The position numbers and the translations under genes are program-made. Under the pieces are notes generated by a model that did no database searches, had not been told where the DNA came from, and saw only the letters and a program-made list of their open reading frames with translations. A DNA stretch of 64,000 nt from the NCBI RefSeq assembly GCF_001194135.2, contig NC_068993.1:32733138-32797137 (forward strand), given 5' to 3'. The DNA comes from Octopus bimaculoides. Lineage: Eukaryota. Positions 1 through 11,426 of this stretch are shown piece after piece. The first letter of the stretch is position 1, and every line of letters starts with the position of its first letter.

Positions 1-1879
1 GAGGCTATTTGTCTTTTTCAAATATATCTGTGAAATCCTCCTCCTCCAAATCCATTTCCAGTTCTTTGCTCATAGTTACCAACGTTTTGTTGATGACAAC
101 ATTATCAAACCCCTTAAAATCAGTCATGAATTGCAGACATAGCTTCTTCCATACCCCATGCTCTGTACATCATTCCATGCTGCTGCTATATTCTGTACAG
201 CCTTGTAGATATTATATCTCTTTCAAAAGTCACTAAGTGTGATGGACTCATCAAGATCAGTTGCAGCTATTGCTTGCCGCAACATGTTTCATATAGTAAT
301 GCTTGAAAATAGCAATTATTCTCTGAGCCACTGGCTGCAGAAAAGATGTGGTGTTTGGAGGGAGGTATACGATGGTACCATTGGAGTCGAAATCTACAAT
401 GCTTTGTGGGTGGCCAGAAACATTATCTAAGATAAGTAAAACCTTAAAAGGAACCCCCCTTCTCTTTACAGTACTTCTCTGCTGCTGAGATAAAATGATT
501 GAAGAACCAATCTTCAAAAACAACAGCAGTAACCCATGCTTTTGAATTAGCCATCCATATAACAGGGAGAGATGCCTTGGATATGTTCTTCAAGGCACAA
601 GGGTTGTGTGCATGATACACAAGCAATGGCTTTAACTTAGAATTTCCTGCACAATTACCTCCCAACATAATGGTCAGACATTCTTTTGAGACCTTATAGC
701 CTGGAATAGTTTTCTCTTCCTTGGAAATGAATGACAATTTTTTCCAATACGATCCAGTTTTGTTAAAAATCTGTTCGGGAAGAAATCCATTTTCTTTGAT
801 GATATTCTTTAATGCATTAGGAAATTCCGCTGCTGCTTGTTAATCAACTGATGCACTTTCATCTTGCTTCTTAATGGAGTGATAACTTCTTCGCTTCTTA
901 AATCTCATAAACCATCTTTAACTTGCCTTGAACTCTACTGTTTCTCATCTGGATATTTTTTCTTCAGGTCCTCAAACGAAGACAATGCTTTCTCTTAAAT
1001 GATTTCTTGACTAATAGTAGCATGCTGACAATTCAACCTAACAATCCGAAGAGAAAGAAGACTTTCCATTTCTTCAAAGATTTTGCCTCTTTTCTTATTG
1101 ATATTTGGAATGCAGATTTGTTTACTCAGTTTATCAGCTACTTTCTCATTCTCATTTATTCTTATTTCTTCAAAGATTTTGCCTCTTTTCTTATTCTTCA
1201 TCCCTGGGGCTTCAGATTTGATGTGTGTTAAAATCTTGTCCTTATTATGTACAATTGTCGATACAGTTGTCTGACTCATACCAAAAGATCATGCAATTGC
1301 TACCACTTTTTCACCTTTTTCATGGCATTTTATTGTAGCCAGTTTATCTTCCAGCATTATAGCATGATGCTTAGCACTTTCGTTATGAATTTTCTTAGGA
1401 GCCATGGGGGAAAAAAATAAAGTCACAAACAAATGAGAATGAGAAAGTAGCCAATAAACCGACGTAAACAAATCTGCATTCAAAACAATCGCAGGAATCA
1501 CAAGTGACAATGATGCCTAATGGTAGATATTGGAACTACAGTATAATATGAGCTCCAAAAGACCGATAAATAAGACAACACAGCTAATTTCATGATTTCG
1601 TTCACTAAGACTACTTTATGGTGTATATCTTAACATTTACTGTATGTATTTTAATATGATTTTATATGCTTTTATTCTTAATTTATTGTACAGTAACATG
1701 AATTTATGTGCTTTTAACGATTTTCTAGTGATTTTACGATTCCAATATTTGTGGTGAACAGACGTAAAATTGAGTAAAATGACTTAACTTGATATTTATT
1801 TTTCCTTATATTATTTTTGAAAACCGACGTATAAGCAAGAACAAATTAAATCAAAACGACTTAAGCCAAGGTATGCCTG
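1..1879 (-). mobile_element. Tigger/pogo DNA transposon; decayed transposase; 3' end lies beyond window start
   Basis: Minus-strand fragments in the expected order: MAPKK start (~1405), CENP-B-like HTH (SQTTVSTIVHNKDKIL), DDE_1 segments (LTIMLGGNCAGNSKLKPLLVYH, VLLILDNVSGHP, YLPPNTTSFLQP). Terminus CAGGCATACC at 1879 is flanked by TA. Confidence 0.9.
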
Positions 1880-2202
1880 TATATACAAATTTATTAAAAT
1901 TGTTCTATAAATTCAATGTTCAGTCTTTAAAATGCGTATAAAACTGACATGACAGTGAATGTATAAGCTGTATTGAAATCTAAACTCAACATTTTTAGTC
2001 TTGGTTCTTATCCGCAAGCTGATTCCCTTTTTTTAAAGATGGAAATATATACTTCCTAAGTATTTCAGACAATGAAATATCAACCTCTATTATTATTGGT
2101 CTAGTGCAAGCTTAGCCATGTCATTACTTTATGTTTAATGTCGAACTCTTGAATTAAAACTTGCAACCACTGGTACAATCTTGCCCGCTTGCTCTTTTAT
2201 GT

Positions 2203-2884
2203 GGCAAGCTGGCAGAGTCATTAGCACACCAGGCAAAATGCTTAGTGACATTTCATTCATCTTTGCGTTCTGAGTTCAAATTCTGCATAGGTCAACTTTG
2301 CCTTTCATCCTTTCAGGGTCATTAAAATAAGTGCTATTTGAGCACTGGGATCAATGTAATTGACTTACTCCCTCCCCTGAAATTGCTGGCCTTGTACCAA
2401 AATTTGAAACCATTATTATTATTATTATTAGCACTGAGCTGGAAGAATTACTAGAGCATTGGACAATATGCTTAGAGATATTTCTTCTGATTCTTTGTTC
2501 TTTGTTCAAATTCAACTGAAGTCATCTTTGCTTTTCATCCTTCCAGGGTCAATAACATAAAGTATTGGTCAAGTACTTGTGACAGTGTAATTGAGTTACC
2601 TACTCCTCCTAAAACAGTTGGTCTTGTGCCAAAGTTTGAAAGAATTATTATTAGGCAAGCTGGCAGAATCATTAGCATGCCGGGTGAAATGCTTAGCAGT
2701 ATTTCACCCATCATTACATTTTGGGTTCAAATTCTGCCATGATTGGCTTTGCCTTTCATCTTTTTGGGGTCAATAAATTCAATTCAGTACCAGTGAGACA
2801 CTGGGGTCGATGTAATTGACTAATCCCCTCCTGCAAAATTTCAGGCTTTGTGCCTTTAGTAGAAAGGACTATTATTATTATTAT
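2203..2884 (+). mobile_element. Three head-to-tail copies of a ~230-bp SINE-like repeat, each ending in (ATT)n
   Basis: Units at ~2203-2430, 2431-2653 and 2654-2884 share the ctggcaga...ttagca head, a gttcaaatt B-box-like motif, tttgcctttcatc and aatgtaattgact, and an (ATT)n tail. Confidence 0.8.
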
Positions 2885-4123
2885 TCAGTAGTTTTATTTT
2901 TATAACGTGCTTTCACTTCACTACCGAGCGCAGCTCTGTGCGCCTTGGGTATGTGCTGTGGTTTGCTGTGGTGCTCTTATGTTTACTGTATTGAAAGTGT
3001 TTTGCGTAGGATGTGTGCAGTACCCAGTAGTGCAATTTTCTGTATGTTATATATATTTGTAAGTCCTGCTATTTTTGTTATGTATTTGTCTGAATATTTT
3101 TTTATTATACCTAAGGCACCTACTATGATAGGAATTGTTTCTGTTTTNNNNNNNNNNNNNNNNNNNNNNNNNNNNNNNNNNNNNNNNNNNNNNNNNNNNN
3201 NNNNNNNNNNNNNNNNNNNNNNNNNNNNNNNNNNNNNNNNNNNNNNNNNNNNNNNNNNNNNNNNNNNNNNNNNNNNNNNNNNNNNNNNNNNNNNNNNNNN
3301 NNNNNNNNNNNNNNNNNNNNNNNNNNNNNNNNNNNNNNNNNNNNNNNNNNNNNNNNNNNNNNNNNNNNNNNNNNNNNNNNNNNNNNNNNNNNNNNNNNNN
3401 NNNNNNNNNNNNNNNNNNNNNNNNNNNNNNNNNNNNNNNNNNNNNNNNNNNNNNNNNNNNNNNNNNNNNNNNNNNNNNNNNNNNNNNNNNNNNNNNNNNN
3501 NNNNNNNNNNNNNNNNNNNNNNNNNNNNNNNNNNNNNNNNNNNNNNNNNNNNNNNNNNNNNNNNNNNNNNNNNNNNNNNNNNNNNNNNNNNNNNNNNNNN
3601 NNNNNNNNNNNNNNNNNNNNNNNNNNNNNNNNNNNNNNNNNNNNNNNNNNNNNNNNNNNNNNNNNNNNNNNNNNNNNNNNNNNNNNNNNNNNNNNNNNNN
3701 NNNNNNNNNNNNNNNNNNNNNNNNNNNNNNNNNNNNNNNNNNNNNNNNNNNNNNNNNNNNNNNNNNNNNNNNNNNNNNNNNNNNNNNNNNNNNNNNNNNN
3801 NNNNNNNNNNNNNNNNNNNNNNNNNNNNNNNNNNNNNNNNNNNNNNNNNNNNNNNNNNNNNNNNNNNNNNNTGTTTTGTGGCTATTTGTATTAGTTTCCC
3901 TTGCTTCTGGAGTAGGTATTTTTGCAGTCCTATAGTGGTTATTTTATAATAGTTTTCTAGCTGTATAAGACCCCTGCCACCTTCTGTGCGTTGTATATAT
4001 AGCCTTTCTATGTCAGATTTTGGGTGGTGCATCCTATATCCTGTCATTATTTTTCTTGTTTTCCTGTCTATTTTACATAGTTCGTTTAGTGTCCAGTTAA
4101 GGATGTTGTAGCTGTAGCTACAA

Positions 4124-4124
<1 letters not shown>
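2885..4124 (-). mobile_element. 5'-truncated R4/Dong-clade non-LTR retrotransposon, interrupted by a gap
   Basis: RMHHPKSDIERLYI...GGRGLIQLE and C-terminal RLE motifs IPIIVGALG and QKIALLGTAHILRK; (ATT)n at both ends. Confidence 0.9.
3148..3871. other. Assembly gap
   Basis: N run. Confidence 1.

Positions 4125-4175
<51 letters not shown>
4125..4175. repeat. (ATT)n microsatellite
   Basis: About 17 perfect units. Confidence 0.95.
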
Positions 4176-4179
4176 TCTA

Positions 4180-4470
4180 TGGATTGGATAAGTTTGCACT
4201 GTGGCATCTTTCCATAATTGTTTGACCCTATGTCAACTTGTCTCTTGTTAGACCTCACATCTGGTCTATCTGTGCAGTATATTTGTTTCTCACTGACTCA
4301 CGTGTTGATAACTTTAAGAACCATATCTTATTTCTTTTTACCTTTCCTCATATCTTCATTATTTTACACCCCTTATTCTTTCTTTATTTTGTTGCTGGCA
4401 GGGATTGAAGAGGTCTGCTCTAACACATCTTGCATTTTAGTGTGGTCCTTTCTCGTCTGATAAACTCAAC
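4180..4470 (-). mobile_element. Possible decayed R4/Dong fragment
   Basis: Weak resemblance of minus-strand translations to the post-RT region; multiple stops. Confidence 0.3.
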
Positions 4471-4690
4471 AACAGTGAAAACAAGCAACCTTTATAGTTG
4501 CCTCATATACTTTTGGTTTTGATACCCTTCCTACCACTAACCATTTCACAGTGTGGACTGTGTACATCTAATCATTCCACCAGTTGTTATCTGCAACAAG
4601 ACTAAAGAATCACCTTTACCTTGCACCAGTTTTTAATCTTTTCTTTAACAATTTTAAATTGCATTCTAATACAATATTATTATTTTGCAG

Positions 4691-5382
4691 GATGCCGTTT
4701 CTGCTCTGTGAAAACTTCACGAGCTCCTCCTCCACCGGACACAGATGAACCAGTGAATACAGCCAAGATCATCGCATCTTGGCTAGTAGATTATATCGTA
4801 ATAACTTCAGTAGACCGTGATGATATCGCAGATGGTGGAGCTGCCCATTTTGCTGAAACAGTAAAGCAGGTGAAAACCCACAAGCCAAAAATTCTAGTGG
4901 AATGTCTTACCTCTGACTTTCGTGGTAACTTAGAATCTGTTGAGAAAGTTGCTAACTCAGGATTAAATGTTTATGCTCACAATGTAGAAACAGTTAAAGA
5001 CTTCCAGTGGCTTGTGAGAGATCCTCGTGCTAATTATGACCAATCAATGAAGGTTCTAGAACATGCCAAAAATACTAACCCAAAGTTAATCACAAAAACA
5101 TCTCTTATGTTAGGATTTGGAGAATCTGATGATCAAGTTTTACAAACAATGGAGGACTTGAGGAAAATAAATGTGGATTGTTTGACATTGGGTCAGTATA
5201 TGCAACCGACAAAACGACACATTAAAGTGAAAGAATATATTCACCCAGATAAATTTCAATATTGGAAAGAAGTCGGTGACAAATTAGGATTTGCTTACAC
5301 TGCTAGTGGCCCATTAGTAAGATCCTCTTATAAAGCAGGAGAATTCTATCTGAAAAATTTGGTGAAAAAGGCAGCCTCTTAG
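4691..5382 (+). CDS. LIAS: Lipoyl synthase, mitochondrial; terminal coding exon (C-terminal ~230 aa)
   Basis: Uninterrupted frame: GCRFCSVKT (second half of the radical-SAM CX3CX2C motif), TSVDRDD, ECLxx[53 protein letters not shown]. Preceded by acceptor tattttgcag (4681-4690, phase 1); stop TAG 5380-5382. Upstream exon(s) not found in the window. Confidence 0.95.
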
Positions 5383-5441
5383 TTGAGAAGCTAGTCAGAA
5401 ATTTCCTTCATACAGGTATCATATTTAATGAATTTATTGTT

Positions 5442-5447
5442 AATAAA
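5442..5447 (+). terminator. Candidate LIAS polyadenylation signal AATAAA
   Basis: 60 nt after the stop, followed by a GT/T-rich tract (gggtttgtgtacatttt). Confidence 0.6.
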
Positions 5448-5547
5448 ATCTGTTAATTCTACCGGGTTTGTGTACATTTTCTGCATTTCATAACTGTTAA
5501 TTTGATGGAATTTTACAGACTGTTAGCTTTGTCTTTTTATGGTGCAT

Positions 5548-5835
5548 ATTTAGTGGTTAGTGGCACTCCATTACTTATGATGACAAGGGTTCCAGTTGAT
5601 CCGATCAACAAAATAGCTTGCTCATGAAATTAACGTGCAAGTGGTGAGTACTGCACAAACACATGTACACTTAACATAGTTCTTGGGGAGATTCAGCATG
5701 ACACAGGAGGTGACAAGGCTGACCTTTTGAAATGCAGGTACTATTCATTTTTGCCAGCTGAGTGAACTGGAGCAATGTGAAATAACATGTCTTGTTGAGG
5801 GACACAACACACTGCTAGGAATCTAACTCGTGAGC
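5548..5835 (-). mobile_element. tRNA-derived SINE with CORE-like central block
   Basis: gctgagtgaactggagcaatgtgaaat block recurs at ~41395-41430; the revcomp of the right end carries a B-box-like motif. Confidence 0.6.
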
Positions 5836-6319
5836 CAAATACCCTCCAGTATGTATGACTATACTATGGAGTATCTATTTATAGTATGTACAGCTATACC
5901 ACTGTATATATATATAGTTACACTATCTTTAAAGAGTATATTTATAAAATGTATCACTACACCATAATTTAAAGGGTATATTTACATTATGTATACCTTC
6001 ATTACATTAAAAGTGTATAGTTATTGTATGTATAGCTGCATTACATTTCAAATGTTTGGTTTCTGATTGTCACCAGGTCTTATTTCAGGAGATATACAAA
6101 ATACTTGACTGGATTAAAACTAGAAAACTTTTATTTCTAAACTAAATGTAATACAATAATTTTATAGTTTCATCCACTCACATTACTATTAACCTTACTT
6201 TAAGCGTAAAGATTCCTAGTTCAGATTTAGTCTGGATTGTCTGAGAAGTCATCTAACAAGAATGACTGGAATTAAACTGACTAAAATGTTGTGTGTGTGT
6301 ATATGCACATATAATATAT

Positions 6320-7991
6320 TTGTATATAAAACTGAGAACGTGTGTCTATGTATGAATCCCTAAAACTCAAGAAGTAACTAACTGATTTCATTCAAATTTT
6401 ACACATGCATTACTTGGGGTCCATGGAGTGTCATGGGTGAAAAACATTTTTAACTTCTTGCCTAATGCAGGCCTGGAAAAATCTTTTAGACTGGTTCAGT
6501 ATTGCGTGTCAAAAGATATTGTTTCACTTTTAATTCTAATGTGATAACACTAAGATCATCTTATTTCTATTATATTTGATATAAATGAATAATTTATATC
6601 CTAATGTAAACAAAATTATGCATCAGCAACTTTCTGTCTTTACGGCCACGACAGTGGAATGGTGTGTCAGTATATGTGTCTTGACTAACATAATGAACAT
6701 CTGGAGGTGAAACTCTTGACAAAAAACAATGAGGTGGCAGGTCCAAGGAATATAAAAATACGCATTTACCATTCAATTACCAGTTAATAATTATCGCAGC
6801 AGTTGCAATCTTGCAAGTTATTTACAGTTACCCTTAAATTAACATTTAATACATGTGCTTAATATATATATATATAAAGAAATTTATCTATAATAATTAT
6901 TGTGGCATTTATCGTTAAATTAGCAGTTCGTACATGTGCTTCTATTTGGTTAATTTGCTTATATTTGGTTAATTTACACTGCATACAAAAATAAACTTAC
7001 TACATACATACAACTGCTTACAAAAATAGAGATTAATGTATTATTTTTTCTGTTTATAATTTTTTATTTACAATACTGAAAAATATATGCCACCAAAAAA
7101 AAGATGCAATCGCTCCAGAAACAAATATAAAGCAAGAAGGATTGTGAAAAACCGAAGGCAAGAGTCTCAACAGAGAAGGGAGATGAAACTTTTTCAAGAC
7201 CAAACAACATTTTAATGATTAGACAGAGGTCCAGTAGAATAGCTCTCAGAGACAGAACATGGACAAATTTGTTCCTCACAACTCCTGGAGCTGCTTTCAG
7301 ATATGGTCCATCCCATTCTTATAAAAATAACTCTGTCCAAATTGCTGTGCTAAACTCAGATCGTCGTTTCTGCAAAGTTTTAAGATATCTAAATGAAACT
7401 AATGGCTTGTGCTGCCCAAGCGGTAAGGTAAGATTGTCAGCACTACCAGCTCCTCCTTCAACCTCTTATGGATCATCCTGTCAAAGGATTTTCTGAACAA
7501 TATCAGACAATACAATTCTGCATTTCAAATGACATCATTTGGTGCATCTAAGGAGATAGTTGAACATGGATTTATGCCAATGTTCAAAGTTCAAGGATAA
7601 GTCTGTCACCCTCAAATGAACAACCGAAGTTCTTCCAAATTGACTTTATGAGTGATGTATGACAACAGACCCAAAGGAGATGTCAAAACTTCAGACGATG
7701 GGTCATGTTAGACGCAGTGGCAACCGCCACAAAGGAGATTATATCCACTGACAGTTTTTTGGTGACTTCAAAAATCACATACTCCTCACCCCCAATTTTC
7801 CATGATAGGTTAGGGCCTGGAATCCTCCAGATGGATGCATGACATGTTGCTTAGTCAAATTAGCCCACCATTTACTCCACAAATGATTTGTCATCAATAC
7901 TGCACTTTCCTGTATCACCTGTTTCAACATAACTAATATATATACAAATTATGCCATTTTAATCCCGAGCAACACCAGGTATCTCTGCTAG
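6320..7991 (+). mobile_element. Non-autonomous Helitron with an N-terminal RepHel remnant
   Basis: Decayed 5' end (t)gtatataaaactgag. Remnant GLCCPSGKVRL, then after a frameshift FLNNIRQYNSAFQMTSFG...GFMPMFKVQG (~7400-7600). 3' end cccgagcaacaccaggtatctctgCTAG (7988-7991) followed by T. Confidence 0.8.
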
Positions 7992-10316
7992 TATATATAT
8001 ATATATATATATATACATATATATAGACACACACACACACCACACTCTAGAGATAAAGGTAATAGTTAAGAAAATTCTGACTTAATTTACATCTGTTCTT
8101 AAATATCTCAACATTTTGTTGTGGTTTCACTTTCTTTTAAAAGAATGAAACTAATGACGTGTTGAAATAAAGAGATAGAATAACCTAATGGACCTGATAT
8201 TATATTTGTAGAACTATCACCTCACAGTTTGCAGTTTCAAATCACTAATGGGTGTGATATTATCACTGGACATCTTTATTGTAAATGTATTGAAGGAAGG
8301 TGTGCTAAATGATGTACACAACAAAATTTGCAATTAACTGAATTTTCGTTTTAAGTTAGAGGAAGAAAACTAAAACTCAGTAACACCTAAACAGGAAATA
8401 ATTTCAAGAAATCCAAGTTTAGTTTTACAAAACAAATTGACATGCTTCAGAGAAAATCTTGTTATTGCTTCGATCAATTGACAGGGTTTTACATTGAGAA
8501 AAACAATTACAAAGATTTTGGCCAGTAAAATATAGCCTGGCCATCACTAGTAATATTGACCATGCTTTCACTAATTGTTTTAGGTACTTATGTAGCTGCA
8601 AGCAGACACAAACATTCTTGCAGCCCCGTCACCCATGACCCAATAGCATATCAGATTGTAACAGCTAGGAGAGAGGTGCTCTAGCACTGGGCTAGTACTC
8701 ATTTTCAGCCACATAGACTTGAACAATGAGTAATAATTTGTATATTTAGAAAATAAAACCTTTCTGTGAGCAGAAAAATAGTTTCTATTCTTTAAACCGT
8801 CAGAAAGAGTATACCCACCTTATTGTCCACTGAGAAATAAGTAGCTTATAGTTGTTCATTGGGTATACAAACTGGGACTCAGATAAGCTGGTCTGTCTAA
8901 TTTGCATAACAGCTTATATTCTGACACCAATGATTAATTTAGAGTACATGAAGCAACATTTTTCAATAATTTGAAATATAAGGTATACCCTTCCATAATA
9001 AACATGATTTTAGTCTCATTGTGAAAATTATGCTAAGTAAATACAGCACAAGTTTATATTTCTCCTTGTAAAAATGGGTTTAATGTGACTAGTTTCTAGT
9101 TTTGTTAGAGCATCGTTAAGGAAATAATACCAGAAATGAGTCACTTATTTATACAAACTAGGACTTAGCTAAACTATACAGTAAGGAATTGGTCATTTAG
9201 ATATTAATCAATCACCAATCAAAGTTTTATGGTTAATTTCAGTTTCTTAATTTGCTACATCAATTAAGCTATCACCCACTTTACTAGTGTTTTTGCTTCT
9301 AAACACGTTTTACCTCTAGTCTAACCCTAACACTGTAACCTAATGAACCATACAACAGTACTACACCTTAGACCAGGTGTGGAATCTATTTACAGCTATG
9401 CGCACTGAAGCATTTATAAATTGTCGCCAATAACAAGACACAAACCACTAAACTCTCTCTCTCTTCATTACTTGCTCTCTTGGATAATCAACCATCATAT
9501 AAACAACAAAAATTTAAATTGTCAATTTTTTTTTAAACAGTGAAATTTATTTTTATTTCAAATAAAATTTATACAAATGATAATTTAAATAATGATGACA
9601 AAACCTGCCAGAAGTACAAGATGTGTAATAAATGAACTGATGAACAATACAAAATTGTCAAAACTATAGTGATATCTGTTAGGCAGATGGAAATATATGC
9701 TTGATAGCTGTAAATCTTTTATATCTTGGGAGGGTTGTTATTCTGAGCTATGCTCCAATCTCATAGGGTTGAACTTGTTAAACAGCTTATAGTGGTTTTG
9801 TTGTTTGTATTATTACATACTGATATAGTATGATTATTTTCATTAGTAATCTTATATAGCTTTGGGAGGTTCTGCAGCATGTGTGTGTGTGTCTATCTAT
9901 ATATATAATCTTAAAAATAATTACGTTTAAAAATAAATTCTATTTTAGTGTGTGTGTGTATCCACATATACACGCACCTATTTAATATTTTAATATATAT
10001 ATATATATATTTATATTCTTATGTATGTATGTGCATAAATCATCATCATTTGACATACTTTTTTCCATAGAAGAAAAATTGTTCATGGACAACAGGTAAA
10101 ATATACAGGACAATATATAAACAAGGTCAGCATACTTTTTCATCACCTGTTGTCCCTCAGTCAACAGATGATGAAAGATGTTTATATCCTATGGTTTACC
10201 TGTTGTTTGTGTTCAACGTTTCTTTTATTTAGTGGTAAGAACAGCCAAAAAAGTATACATATATATGAGTATGTATGTAAGTGCATATACACATGTATAT
10301 ATGTGTCTTATATACA

Positions 10317-10387
<71 letters not shown>

Positions 10388-10495
10388 CTATTGAACCTTA
10401 GGAGGGGCATTATGCCAGTAATAATAAACACACACTGGTTCGGTTCTTTATTGTTATTGTTCAGTATTATTTGTGTTGTTATTTCTTTTTTTTTT

Positions 10496-10541
10496 TGTCA
10501 AATAATTATTTCGTCGCATTGTTGCAATCTCTTCAGTGACA
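10496..10541 (-). ncRNA. Minimal type I hammerhead ribozyme motif
   Basis: UGUCA-CUGAAGA-G(A)UUGCA-acaa-UGCGAC-GAAA-UAAUUA-UU-UGACA: core, stem II, palindromic stem III (AUAAUUAU), 5-bp stem I. Confidence 0.75.
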
Positions 10542-10686
10542 CATCTCTCTACTTCCATTTCTTTTGAACTTATGTTCCAGCATCAGAACACACACACATA
10601 GACATGCACACACTCACATACTCATCTCGGACAAATTCCAACGCTGGAACATAAGTTCAATAGAAATGTAAGAAGAGAGAGAGAGA

Positions 10687-10732
10687 TGTCACTGAAGAGA
10701 TTGCAACAATGCAATGAAATAATTATTTGACA
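10687..10732 (+). ncRNA. Minimal type I hammerhead ribozyme motif
   Basis: UGUCA-CUGAAGA-G-AUUGCA-acaa-UGCAAU-GAAA-UAAUUA-UU-UGACA: perfect 6-bp stem II and 5-bp stem I. Confidence 0.8.
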
Positions 10733-11036
10733 AAAAAAAATAACAACACAAACAATACTGAACAATAATAATAAAGGACCGAACCAGTGCATGTGTTTAT
10801 TATTACTAGCATAATGCCCCTCCTGCGGTTCAATAGTATTTCTTTCAACACACAAATTCACATTAAGAATCTTGCAAACCAAATACAAATACGAACTGTA
10901 TATATATATATGTATATATATAATTATTTGGACTTTGGGTATATGGTTAGTAGTACGCTGCAAATGGCAAATGCAGGAGGAGTCGAAACAACCATTGTAT
11001 TGAATAAAGATTCTTGCTAATTCCATTTTCCTCATT

Positions 11037-11099
<63 letters not shown>

Positions 11100-11426
11100 T
11101 ACACACAAGAGTGTGTATATATGTACATGTATTATAGACACACATACACATACATTTATGTACATATAAATACACACATTTAATACTTGTATAGGCATGA
11201 AGATATGTTAATTCAAAAGGAAAAAGTGGCATTTGCACGTTTTCCAAATACATAAACACTATAACTCACAGTACTCCTTCTCTCTATTGCTAATTGTATC
11301 TAGTTACCCCATAGATGTGCTAATTGTATCTAGTTACCCCATAGATACAATTAGCAATACTTATATATACAGTGATAATAACTACAAATCAATATTCAAA
11401 TTATTTCCAAAAATGGCTCAACACCA

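Larger units (their letters stand above)
10385..10839. repeat. Inverted repeat with ~197-bp arms (10385-10581 and 10643-10839) and a 61-bp spacer
   Basis: Arms align by eye at roughly 90%, from atactattgaacc to gaacttatgttccagc. Confidence 0.95.

Noticed and set aside
2945-3949. Long ORFs spanning N runs (also at 13.6-14.5, 18.3-18.7 and 56.2-56.7 kb)
   Set aside because: Artefacts of X translation through gaps.
4621-4690. N-terminal extension of the LIAS ORF in the ORF track (MHQFLIFSL...)
   Set aside because: Intronic pyrimidine-rich sequence before the acceptor; TTG start and no LIAS similarity.
10150-10431. His/Thr- and Cys/Val-rich ORFs (also near 39.4, 49.4 and 63.3 kb)
   Set aside because: Translations of (CA)n/(TG)n/(TA)n microsatellites.
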